Position numbers and translations under genes: made by a program
Shown here: positions 1 to 8,590 of the stretch, piece by piece
Numbering within the stretch: the stretch's first letter is position 1
How the letters are laid out: each line of letters opens with the position of its first letter
Assembly: GCA_037442925.1 (NCBI GenBank)
Contig: JBBIPG010000011.1
Span: 1 to 46,696 of the forward strand
From: Candidatus Fraserbacteria bacterium
Lineage (GTDB): Bacteria; Bipolaricaulota; Bipolaricaulia; RBG-16-55-9
DNA: 46,696 nt
Direction: 5' to 3'
Notes under the pieces: model-generated
Told to the model about the DNA's origin: nothing
What the model saw: the letters and a program-made list of their open reading frames with translations, nothing else
Database searches by the model: none

Positions 1-127
1 TGCGTGGGTGCAAAGCTTCCGTCGCTTGGTGGTCCGCTATGAATACCATGCAGAGAACTTCCTGGGCTTCGTGCATCTCGGTTGCATCCTCATCTTGCTC
101 CGATACTATTTATGAGACTGACTCTAG
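1..127 (+). mobile_element. Right end of an IS5-family insertion sequence
   Basis: The transposase stop at 113-115 lies within TTATGAGACTGACTC, followed by CTAG at 124-127, a typical TA/CTAG-type IS5 target. The left end is outside the window, so the IR and TSD cannot be confirmed. Confidence 0.7.
2..115 (+). CDS. IS5-family transposase, C-terminal fragment (5' end outside window)
   Basis: Not in the ORF track. Frame 2 reads [37 protein letters not shown], matching the typical IS5-family C-terminus (W..FRRL.vRYE...NF.gF..L.c..I.LR). Confidence 0.85.
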   Translation, partial: AWVQSFRRLVVRYEYHAENFLGFVHLGCILILLRYYL

Positions 128-876
128 CACTTGCTTACACTGCAGAACTCGTGGCTTTTCTCGCTTGGATGACCAACTGGCAAGGAGCAGATAGAGCCGC
201 ACTCGACAGGTATGAGCAAGGAGTTGGGAGCGTATTGGTAGCCGCTAATTCCATCCGACAAGGATGGCTTTACTACGGGTTTAGAGCGGACTCCAGCGGG
301 CAGTATAGTGATTCCTATGGGATGTGGTGGGCGAGTGTGCTATATCTGCCGCCAGAGCGCTTGCCCTACGACAACAACGGACGCGGCATCATCGTTGTGG
401 AACGAGGTGACAATTGCACGAACTGCGCGGCGAAATCTGAGGAGATCGTGGCGTGGATTGGCAGAGCCGTCGAGATGGTGCCCACCATCCAGGAGGGCTT
501 TAAGGCCCCCTGGGTTGATCCTAATTCCATAGGAGTTGTGACTTTTGCCTTCACGAACCCTCAAGCCCAGGGTATAGACACCGTGTTGCAGAAGGTGCGG
601 ACACAATATGCAAATAGCCAAGTGCCCATCATCGTCTCCTGGCTCGAGAACAATATTGTCCACTTCGAATGCATTGGCGCTGGTTGTGAGAGTCTCACCT
701 GGGAGGAGCAGGAGAAGATCGCCTGTAACCAACAGGGTGCGCCAGCAGGTTGTACGGATTGGGGCACACCCGCGCCATCCGGACCGTACCAGCCAACACC
801 CTTAACGATTGGTTCACCACCTCCACCGCCGGACAAATGCTTCGGGCAGATCTGCATCCAACGAGTACGCCTATGA
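124..876 (+). pseudogene. 3' remnant of a large lipoprotein gene (paralog of 8591-11044), interrupted by IS5
   Basis: The TTG start of ORF 82-876 lies inside the IS. The remainder aligns by eye with the C-terminus of 8591-11044 (LALAYTAELV/LILAASAAQV; VPIIV/VPIVV; PPPPPDKC..QICI/PPPPADPAC..KVCLI). Confidence 0.7.
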
Positions 877-926
877 CCTAGACTCGGTACCCCCTTGTCA
901 GTAAACTTTACTAGGAGAGGAGGACT

Positions 927-2048
927 ATGGGGATGAGAGAACTACTTCTGGGTCTACTGATCTTGGCTCTGATCTCCGGAATCTTTCTTAGAGGCTCTGT
1001 ACCCAACCAGATCATCGTACTCTCCTCCGGCGAGCCGTACGTAACCCAGGTAAACTGCCAGAATCCTACCGGCTGCTATCGCTTGATCGGCCAAGCGGTG
1101 GACATCGCGCCTAAAGAATCCATAATCCAGATTGGTCCCGGCACCTATTACGAGCCGCCCTTCACCATCGATCGGCCACTGACTCTGCAAGGCACCGGTA
1201 CAGAAGCCACGAAGATCATCCTGACTGACCCCAGAGCGGAGAAACCTACGGTTGGGATCATCATCTTGGGCAACCAAGCTATTACGGTCGAGCTGAGTGA
1301 TCTGCGCATTGAGAATGCCATTCCTGTGCTGGGAGAAAGTGAAGCGATCAAGGTCTTCAGCCAGACCACAGAAGAGATGCAGATCACCCTTCGGGATGTC
1401 CATCTGCAGAGCGTGATCGGGCTTACCGGGCAAGCCGCGCAATTTGGTGGACTGAAGGCGAGGGGACCTTCTTTGAATGTCGAGGGGAGCACCATCGTGG
1501 CCGACAGAGGCATCGCTATGGAGAGCGGTCAGCTTACGGTGAGGAACAGTCAGGTTCGCGCTCCAGAAGGGCCTTCTCGCTTACCCATGGCACGACAACG
1601 GGTAGGCATCTACCTATCGCCTGGTACCTTTCTACCAATGCCGCTACCACCCCTGCTTCCCTCGTCGCCTGTCCATCTACCCGTGCACATAGAGGCTGTA
1701 CTGGAGGGCAATCAGATTCGAGGGTTTAGCGATGGCGTCCTCGCCGGTGCGCTTAGCTCTTTAAAAGAGAGTCTGAGTGCGCAGCTTACAGGGAATGACA
1801 TCTCGGACAATGAAGTGGGTGTCTGGATCGTATTTGATGGGGTGGAGATCAACCTGACAAGAAACGAGATCCATGATAATAGTCTCTTCGGGATCGCCTT
1901 GGATCGCCCGCCGTGTCGACAGACGGACCCGAGGTATTGGTTTCAGGGAGCCGTGCAAGGCACGGAGAACCGATTCTACGGCAATAAACAAGCTGACCTC
2001 TGCCCTGCCGACTACCCCTGGCCACCGGGTTTCATCAAGAATCCCTAA
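927..2048 (+). CDS. Secreted right-handed parallel beta-helix (pectin-lyase-like/NosD-like) protein
   Basis: Strong SD (GGAGAGGAGG), N-terminal signal, IGQAVD...IGPGTYYE start motif, repeated NxIxxN..Gi strands, C-terminal DLCPADYPWPPGFIKNP. Confidence 0.8.
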   Translation: MGMRELLLGLLILALISGIFLRGSVPNQIIVLSSGEPYVTQVNCQNPTGCYRLIGQAVDIAPKESIIQIGPGTYYEPPFTIDRPLTLQGTGTEATKIILTDPRAEKPTVGIIILGNQAITVELSDLRIENAIPVLGESEAIKVFSQTTEEMQITLRDVHLQSVIGLTGQAAQFGGLKARGPSLNVEGSTIVADRGIAMESGQLTVRNSQVRAPEGPSRLPMARQRVGIYLSPGTFLPMPLPPLLPSSPVHLPVHIEAVLEGNQIRGFSDGVLAGALSSLKESLSAQLTGNDISDNEVGVWIVFDGVEINLTRNEIHDNSLFGIALDRPPCRQTDPRYWFQGAVQGTENRFYGNKQADLCPADYPWPPGFIKNP

Positions 2049-2504
2049 ATGAAAACTGAAAAGCTACTGGGCTCCGCTCTCATCGTCCTGCTCCCCCTGG
2101 CACTCCTCCCCATCCCGATGGCCTGGGGAGCGATCGGCCTCTCCCTAAGCGGCATCTTCATAGGTGAACCCGATGTCTTCATCCCCGGTCTGGGACTGAG
2201 CGCAGAACTCTCCTTCTCGCGCTCACTGGGTATGTTCGCCGGAGCCCAGTTCTTCCTCTCTGGCAGCTGGGATGTGATCGTGGGCGGGATCTGGCATGTT
2301 TCACCTCGCTTCGCGTTCTACGTCCAAACGCTCTTGCTCTTGGATGTGATCGATGAGTTTGTGCCCCAACTGGGAGCGGGCTTACGATGGAGTTTCTCGC
2401 TTTCTCGCTCGTTGGAGTTCTTCAACGAGCTCAGCCTCAGTGTGCCTCTGGTCGCTCGCTTTTTCCAGCCCGAATATGCCACAGGAGTCTCGCTCCGCTT
2501 CTAA
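2049..2504 (+). CDS. Small exported protein, probable outer-membrane beta-barrel
   Basis: Signal peptide, alternating amphipathic strands (GLGLSAELSF, LGAGLRWSF), terminal GVSLRF. Confidence 0.55.
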   Translation: MKTEKLLGSALIVLLPLALLPIPMAWGAIGLSLSGIFIGEPDVFIPGLGLSAELSFSRSLGMFAGAQFFLSGSWDVIVGGIWHVSPRFAFYVQTLLLLDVIDEFVPQLGAGLRWSFSLSRSLEFFNELSLSVPLVARFFQPEYATGVSLRF

Positions 2505-2539
2505 TCTCTCTCTAAGTCCCTCGATGCTGGCTACACATC

Positions 2540-2569
2540 TTGCTTGGCTGCTCGCAAACGATCTATAAT
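2540..2569 (+). promoter_or_regulatory. Sigma70-type promoter for yicC (leaderless)
   Basis: TTGCTT-18-TATAAT (2564-2569), 8 nt before ATG 2578, with no SD. Confidence 0.55.
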
Positions 2570-2577
2570 CTCTCGCT

Positions 2578-3444
2578 ATGATCACCAGCATGACCGGCTA
2601 CGGCGAAGCCTCCGGGCAGGGCAATGGCTGGATCGTATCGGTCAAGATCAAAACCCTCAATCATCGATATCTCGATCCCCAAATCAAGGGTCTGCAGGAC
2701 TATGAAGCTCTCGAGCTGCCCATTCTCGATCTTGTGAAGGACAACTTCCATCGCGGCCGAATTGAAGTGACGATTCAGCTCCAACGTCAGGACCATGACC
2801 GGCCCGTGCTGGATCTGATCACCGCACGGCAGCATTACGAGGCGCTCAAGCAGCTGGCGCAAGAACTCCAACTGAATTACCCGATCACAATGGATCACCT
2901 CATCCGGCTGGGAGGGGCGATCAAGCCTCTTCCCTTGGACCATGAGGGACTCTGGCCCGTGTTGGAACAGACTCTTAAGAAAGCCATGAAGGTAGTACAA
3001 ACGATGCGTCGCCAGGAAGGGGAAGCTCTGGCACGAGAGCTCAAAGAGCTCTGGAGCGCGATTCGTACGGAACTTTCGGCTGTAGAGTCCCACATCCCTG
3101 AGCTCCAAAAACTCTATAAAGAGCGCTTTCGACAGCGAATCGGCGAACTTGCACAAGGCATCGAACTGGATTCCGATCGCCTGGAGCAAGAGGTGGCCAT
3201 CTGGGCGGAACGCTCAGATATCACCGAAGAGATCGCTCGGCTCAAGATCCATCTCGCAGCGGCAGAGACGGCCATGGAAGCAGCTGAACCGGCTGGACGT
3301 ACCCTCGATTTCCTCGCCCAGGAGATGTACCGCGAAGTGAATACCATGGCTGCCAAGACCAGAGATGGAGAGATCGCCCAGCACCTCATCCAGGCCAAGG
3401 GACATATCGAGCGCGTGCGCGAGCAAGTGAGAAACATCGAGTAG
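2578..3444 (+). CDS. yicC: YicC/YloC family endoribonuclease
   Basis: MITSMTGYG, KTLNHRYLD, DITEEIARL, GRTLDFLAQEMYREVNT, REQVRNIE motifs. Confidence 0.95.
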   Translation: MITSMTGYGEASGQGNGWIVSVKIKTLNHRYLDPQIKGLQDYEALELPILDLVKDNFHRGRIEVTIQLQRQDHDRPVLDLITARQHYEALKQLAQELQLNYPITMDHLIRLGGAIKPLPLDHEGLWPVLEQTLKKAMKVVQTMRRQEGEALARELKELWSAIRTELSAVESHIPELQKLYKERFRQRIGELAQGIELDSDRLEQEVAIWAERSDITEEIARLKIHLAAAETAMEAAEPAGRTLDFLAQEMYREVNTMAAKTRDGEIAQHLIQAKGHIERVREQVRNIE

Positions 3445-3452
3445 AGATTTGC

Positions 3453-3992
3453 GTGCTTAAGAAAATCACGATCAGCGGTCCCCCCGGAAGCGGAAAGAGC
3501 ACCGCGGCTTCGCTACTCGCCCGGCAGCTTAGGGTGGACCTCATCTCCGCAGGCGAGATGTTCCGCCACATGGCTCAAGCCGCGAAGCTCTCTCTCGAAG
3601 AGTTTGGCCGTCGAGCAGAGCAAGACTGGAACATCGATCGAGAGCTGGACGCGCGCATGCTCAAGCTCTTGCGCCAGAAGAGGCAGGGCGTCTTTGATGG
3701 GAGGCTTACGGGATATCTCGCACACGCAAACCACATCAAGTCGCTCAAGATCTATCTGGATGCGCGACTCGATGTCCGCATCCAGCGAATCATGAAACGC
3801 GAGAAGAAAGACTATGCCACTGTAGAACGAAATGTTACAGCCAGAGAGAAATCCGAGCGGAGCCGGTACATGAAGATCTACGGTGTGGATGTGAATGATA
3901 CGTCTTTCTTCGATCTTGTGATCGATTCCTCGCAGCTTAGTCCGGAAGAGGTCGTCGAACGGGTCGTCAAGGCACTGGCGTCCTTCAGCTGA
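3453..3992 (+). CDS. Archaeal-type (COG1102-like) cytidylate kinase
   Basis: ITISGPPGSGKST P-loop, SAGEMFR, IDRELD, DGRLTG, REKSERSRYMKIYGVD, DLVIDS. Confidence 0.85.
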   Translation: MLKKITISGPPGSGKSTAASLLARQLRVDLISAGEMFRHMAQAAKLSLEEFGRRAEQDWNIDRELDARMLKLLRQKRQGVFDGRLTGYLAHANHIKSLKIYLDARLDVRIQRIMKREKKDYATVERNVTAREKSERSRYMKIYGVDVNDTSFFDLVIDSSQLSPEEVVERVVKALASFS

Positions 3993-4563
3993 GTTTGTGC
4001 TCTTCTCCACGGATCAGGCGTTGGAAGTTCTCTCGATGCTGGAAGGCGCTGAGCACTGCCAGCACCGCCATCAAGCCCACGGCCTCTGCTGAGCCTCCCA
4101 AGACGAGCAAAGCCAAAGGGGAAATGATCAGAGCCGTGACGGATGCGATTGATACGTAGCGAGTCACTCCTGCTATCAAAGCCCAGAGAACGAGAGTGAT
4201 TAAGAGCACGGGCTCAGAGAGCACCAGAAGAATCCCCAAGGAAGTGGCTACACCTTTGCCGCTCCTGAAACGCAGGAAGATGCTCCAGTTGTGACCGGCG
4301 ACCGCAAGAGCGGACAACCAGATGGGTACCGACCAGACGGTTGCCAGATATGCGGAAATAGCACCCTTGCCAGCATCGAGCAGGAGCGCCAGAATACCGT
4401 AGGGCAGACCGACCGAGCGAGCCACGTTGGTGGCGCCGACGTTTCCACTGCCCACGCGCGTAAGATCCACACCGCGGGCCCTCGCAAGGAAGAGACTAAA
4501 GGGAATGGCACCCAGCAAGTAGCTGAATAGCGCGTAGAGCAGAAGCGTGGAGAGATCGGCCAA
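3985..4563 (-). CDS. plsY: Glycerol-3-phosphate acyltransferase PlsY
   Basis: YLLGAIPF, GSGNVGATNV, GHNWSIF..GKGVAT, HRENFQRLIRGEE. Confidence 0.95.
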   Translation of the reverse strand: MADLSTLLLYALFSYLLGAIPFSLFLARARGVDLTRVGSGNVGATNVARSVGLPYGILALLLDAGKGAISAYLATVWSVPIWLSALAVAGHNWSIFLRFRSGKGVATSLGILLVLSEPVLLITLVLWALIAGVTRYVSIASVTALIISPLALLVLGGSAEAVGLMAVLAVLSAFQHRENFQRLIRGEEHKLS

Positions 4564-4568
4564 AGGCC

Positions 4569-6236
4569 TTAGACGAGCCCCTTCCCCTTCAAGTGCTCCC
4601 GCAGGGTGAGCGCCTCATGTCCGACTTCTTCCGTAGCCTGCTGCATGTCCGGCTCCGGTGTTCGCAGGTCCACATTGCGCAAGGAGAGTCGCACCTGGCG
4701 CTTCTCCTCGTTGATGCCGATGATCCGCGCCTGGACGCTATCGCCGACTTGAAGCACATCGGCCGGCTTGTTGATGCGCTCTTCGGAGATTTCCGAGACG
4801 TGGATGAGACCCTCCACCTCGTCGGTGATGCGGCAGAAGGCCCCGAAATCCTTGAGTTCCGTGATCGCGCCGTCTACCACGGTGCCCACGGGGTAGTCTT
4901 CCACGAAGCGATGCCAGGGGTCTTCCTTCATCTCCCGCAAAGACAGCCGGATCTTGCGCCGCGCGCTGTCGCACTTGATCACCTTGACGGTGACCTCTTC
5001 TCCTTCCCGGACGACTTCACTGGGGTGTGAGATCCTCTCCCAGCTCATCTCGGAGATGTGCAGCAACGCCTCGACCCCTTCTTCTAGCTTCACGAAGGCA
5101 CCAAAGTCCAGCAGTTTGGTGACCTTGCCGGTGACCACCGAGCCTTCGGGGTACTTCTTCTCGATGCTCTCCCAGGGATCGGGTTGGGCTCGCCTCATGC
5201 TGAGCGAGATCCGGCGATGAGGTTCGTCTACATCGAGGACGACGACCTCAACGGCATCTCCTTCTTTCACGACCTCTCGCGGGTTCTCGGGGAAGCCCCA
5301 CGAGAGCTCCGAGACGTGTACCAAGCCCTCGACGTCCTCTTCCAGGCGAACAAAGGCGCCGAAATCCGTGATGGCGACCACGCTGCCCTTGATCTTCTTG
5401 CCCACGGGATAGCGCGCGGCAATGCCGACCCAGGGATCCGGACGCGTCTGCTTAATCGAGAGCGATATGCGCTGCTTCTCTTTGTCTACGTCCAAGATCT
5501 TGACCTTGATGCGATCGCCCACTTTGTACGTGTTGGGCGGCGCGGGCAGATCCTTCCAGCTGATCTCCGAGCGATGCACCAATCCCTCGAACCCGCCGAC
5601 GTCCACAAAGAGCCCGAAATCCACAATGCTCTTGATCTGGCCTTCGACAACCTCACCGGTCTTGATCTTGGAGAAGATCTCTTCCAGCCGCTTGCGTTCC
5701 AGATCGCGCAGATATTCTTTGTGGGAGACTACGAGATTCTTCTCCCGGCGATTGAGTTCCAGGATCTTGAGGGCGATCTCTTGCCCACGCAGTTTCTCAA
5801 TATCGGGGGGCAGATCTCCTCCCAGATGTGACCCCGGAAGAAACGCTCGGATGCCCTTTAGGTTCACGTTGTACCCGGCGTCCTTGACGATGCTCTCGAC
5901 GACTCCAAAAACGGGCTCGCCCGTCTTGAAATGCCGCTCTAGCTCGCCGATCCACTTCTCGTAGATCGCCTGTTTCTCGGAGACGTAGATCGTGCCTTCT
6001 TCCTCATCAATATAGGTGATAATGACTTGGAGCTCTTCCCCCGGCTCAATGTGACCTTGTCGAAAAGGCGCTAACTCCTGGGGCCGGAGCTGAGCTTCGG
6101 ATTTATAGCCGATGTCGACCAGCACCACCTGGTCGTTCCTCTGCACGACACGACCCTGCAGCACGTCCCCTCGACTGTACAGTTGCACGTCCTTGGCCTC
6201 GAAGAATTCGCCCATCCTACTACTATTATTCGCCAT
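4569..6236 (-). CDS. rpsA: 30S ribosomal protein S1
   Basis: Six S1 repeats (DFGAFV...EGLvHiSEiS, ISLS..DPW). Confidence 0.97.
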   Translation of the reverse strand: MANNSSRMGEFFEAKDVQLYSRGDVLQGRVVQRNDQVVLVDIGYKSEAQLRPQELAPFRQGHIEPGEELQVIITYIDEEEGTIYVSEKQAIYEKWIGELERHFKTGEPVFGVVESIVKDAGYNVNLKGIRAFLPGSHLGGDLPPDIEKLRGQEIALKILELNRREKNLVVSHKEYLRDLERKRLEEIFSKIKTGEVVEGQIKSIVDFGLFVDVGGFEGLVHRSEISWKDLPAPPNTYKVGDRIKVKILDVDKEKQRISLSIKQTRPDPWVGIAARYPVGKKIKGSVVAITDFGAFVRLEEDVEGLVHVSELSWGFPENPREVVKEGDAVEVVVLDVDEPHRRISLSMRRAQPDPWESIEKKYPEGSVVTGKVTKLLDFGAFVKLEEGVEALLHISEMSWERISHPSEVVREGEEVTVKVIKCDSARRKIRLSLREMKEDPWHRFVEDYPVGTVVDGAITELKDFGAFCRITDEVEGLIHVSEISEERINKPADVLQVGDSVQARIIGINEEKRQVRLSLRNVDLRTPEPDMQQATEEVGHEALTLREHLKGKGLV

Positions 6237-7115
6237 TTACGATTCACCTACTAACGTCCGGATTCTCTGACAGACTTCTCGAATGGCACGCTCCGGTGTC
6301 GAAGCTCCTGCGGAGACCCCTACGCGTCTGGCACCTTGGAACCACTCGACCTTGAGTTCTGAGGCGTCTTCCACATGATAGCACCTGGTGTACTCCGATG
6401 CAATCTCCACCAAGCGATTCGTGTTGGAGCTCTGCCGTCCACCCACGACGATCACCACGTCCACTTGAGGTGCCAGCTCGCGGATGGCGTCCTGACGCTC
6501 GAATGTGGCATAACAGATCGTATTATACGCCCGCACTTCGAGCACCTTCTCCAGCACAGCGGAGATGAGCTCGGCAAACTTGGGATAGGGATGAGTCGTC
6601 TGCGAGATGAGTCCGACGCGATCGGATGCCTTAAGATTCAGCGAGTCGATCTCGTGCGGGCCGCTGACCACATCCGCCCGTCCTCCCCTTCCTTCGACCT
6701 CCCCCAAGATGCCCTGGATTTCGGGGTGCTCTCGGTGTCCCATGATCACCAACCGATACCCGTCCTCGACCAACTGCCGGGCGAATCTATGTGGGATGGT
6801 CACAAGGGGGCACGTCCCATCCGCAATCTCATATCCACGAGCTTGAATGACTTCTTTGACTTTGGGTGCGACTCCATGAGCGCGGATAAGCACCTTGCCG
6901 CGTTGCCCCAAACTGAGCTGAGGTAGCTCTTCGGGGTCGCGTATGAACTTCATCCCCAACTGCTCGATGCGCTGGACCTCTTGTGGATTGTGGATCAGTT
7001 CGCCTAAGCAATACACGAGGCCATTCTTCTTGGCGACGAGCTCCTCGGCCATGTCGAGGATGCGCTCGACTCCAAAACAAAACCCCGCGCTCTTGGCTCG
7101 TATGATCTCCACCAT
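6237..7115 (-). CDS. ispH: 4-hydroxy-3-methylbut-2-enyl diphosphate reductase
   Basis: AGFCFGV, IHNP, IRAHG, DGTCP, HPE, SQTT, TICYAT..RQ, SSNT, AGASTP. Confidence 0.97.
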   Translation of the reverse strand: MVEIIRAKSAGFCFGVERILDMAEELVAKKNGLVYCLGELIHNPQEVQRIEQLGMKFIRDPEELPQLSLGQRGKVLIRAHGVAPKVKEVIQARGYEIADGTCPLVTIPHRFARQLVEDGYRLVIMGHREHPEIQGILGEVEGRGGRADVVSGPHEIDSLNLKASDRVGLISQTTHPYPKFAELISAVLEKVLEVRAYNTICYATFERQDAIRELAPQVDVVIVVGGRQSSNTNRLVEIASEYTRCYHVEDASELKVEWFQGARRVGVSAGASTPERAIREVCQRIRTLVGES

Positions 7116-7118
7116 CGC

Positions 7119-7778
7119 TTACACTTCCTCCACGGCTGCCGCATGGAGCCGCTCCCCAGACGGCAAGCCCACCTGATCCAAGCGGTTCATGAGCCGGTGC
7201 GCCAGTTGTTCATATCGTTGGCGACGCATCTCGTCTCCGGTCAGGTCCTGCTCCAGCTCCTGCAAGGTGAAAGGGTGGCCGATCCAAGCCGTAATGCGCG
7301 GGAACCCGAAGGGATATCGCGGAGGATAGGGGCCTTCGGCTTCCAGGCGCACCGGCAAGAATTCTCGTTGGGTGTGTTCCGCGAAGCGAATTATACCCAT
7401 GCGGATCTGATCCGTAGGGCGGGTCGTTCCCTCGGGGAAGATCCCCACAATGCGATCCGCCTCAATGGCTTGAAGAACTTTGCGATAGTCCTCGCGGCCG
7501 AAGTTCTCGCGGTTGATGGGAATCGCAAACCCCTTAACAAAGGGATAGAGAAATGGGTTTTTGAGCAACGTATGGCGGGCCACAAAATAGATGCGGTTTC
7601 GGCCTCCTAGGGCGGCGATCAGAATCGGGATGTCCCAGTAACTGCGATGGCGCGCCACGAGCAGTGCGCCCCGTCCTTGAGGGACATTCTCCCTTCCGAC
7701 GACGCGGAGGCGAAAGAGGGCTTTTAGCAGGAGCATCAGCAGCCCTGTGCCGCCTCGATAGATCCAGTTCTTCCCCAT
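7119..7778 (-). CDS. plsC: 1-acyl-sn-glycerol-3-phosphate acyltransferase (PlsC family)
   Basis: HRSYWD (HX4D) and IFPEGT motifs. Start moved to MGKNW (7778), which has GGAGG upstream. Confidence 0.88.
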   Translation of the reverse strand: MGKNWIYRGGTGLLMLLLKALFRLRVVGRENVPQGRGALLVARHRSYWDIPILIAALGGRNRIYFVARHTLLKNPFLYPFVKGFAIPINRENFGREDYRKVLQAIEADRIVGIFPEGTTRPTDQIRMGIIRFAEHTQREFLPVRLEAEGPYPPRYPFGFPRITAWIGHPFTLQELEQDLTGDEMRRQRYEQLAHRLMNRLDQVGLPSGERLHAAAVEEV

Positions 7779-7842
7779 CGTCGCGCGTGCGCCTCCGGTC
7801 GATGCGATGCCACCGGATGCCGACCAGCTTACCAAACCCCAT

Positions 7843-8442
7843 CTAGCTGTGCAAAGCTCGGGTAACTCGAATGGCTTCGGCAATGGATTCTTCCGGAGTC
7901 TTCCCTGCCGTGTTGAGCACTACGGCATCGGGGGCGGGAGAGAGACGCCCGAATCCCTGGTCGCGTCGATCGCGATCCTTGACTTCGTTCAAGATCTCTT
8001 CGAAGGAAGCACCCGGCCGCTGGCGGAGGCGGCGATGTGCACGTTCTGAGACAGAAGCGTCCACATAGAGCTTAATATCGGCGTCGGGTAGCACGACCGT
8101 GCCGATGTCGCGCCCCTCCATGACCACGTTGCCCTCGCGTGCAAGCTCACGTTGCAGGGCAATCAGCTTCTTACGCACTTCGGGCCGCCGCGCAATTTTC
8201 GATGCGAGTTGATCGAGCCAGGAGCTATAAAGCTCATCTTTCAAGAGCCGACCGTTGATGCTCACTCGACCTTCTTGAAGTTGCAGTGTGATCTCATCCA
8301 GCTGAAAACCGTGTTGGAGTGCCCAGGCCACTGCGCGGTACATGGCGCCGGTATTAATGAATCGGCACCGAAAACGACGAGCAAGGGCTTTGCCGATGGT
8401 CGTCTTTCCTGCTCCAGCAGGACCGTCGATGGCGATGATCAT
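7843..8442 (-). CDS. cmk: Cytidylate kinase (bacterial type)
   Basis: IAIDGPAGAGKTT, TGAMYRA, MEGRDIGTVVLPDA, RDRRD; lies in cmk-plsC-ispH-rpsA synteny. Confidence 0.95.
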   Translation of the reverse strand: MIIAIDGPAGAGKTTIGKALARRFRCRFINTGAMYRAVAWALQHGFQLDEITLQLQEGRVSINGRLLKDELYSSWLDQLASKIARRPEVRKKLIALQRELAREGNVVMEGRDIGTVVLPDADIKLYVDASVSERAHRRLRQRPGASFEEILNEVKDRDRRDQGFGRLSPAPDAVVLNTAGKTPEESIAEAIRVTRALHS

Positions 8443-8532
8443 GGACCCTAATACTACCCCTCACGACAGATGTTGATCCAATTGATGCAGCAATGGGATT
8501 GTCTAAGTGTGACTACGATGTACCCCCCCCTC

Positions 8533-8561
8533 TTGACATAGTAACAATCTTATGCTAGTAT
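8533..8561 (+). promoter_or_regulatory. Sigma70 promoter for the lipoprotein/beta-helix module
   Basis: TTGACA(8533-8538)-17-TAGTAT(8556-8561) with an extended TG. Confidence 0.7.
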
Positions 8562-8590
8562 GTCTCTGCGATCAAAAGGGGGCACAGTAT

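Noticed and set aside
82..123. TTG start of ORF 82-876
   Set aside because: It lies inside the IS5 transposase end; the N-terminal residues are IS-derived.
887..912. GTACCCCCTTGTCAGTAA resembling the promoter region at 8520-8544
   Set aside because: Short, low-complexity, gapped similarity with no matching -10; could be chance.
4569..6236. Internal DNA repeats in rpsA
   Set aside because: Explained by tandem S1 domains; not CRISPR or a mobile repeat.
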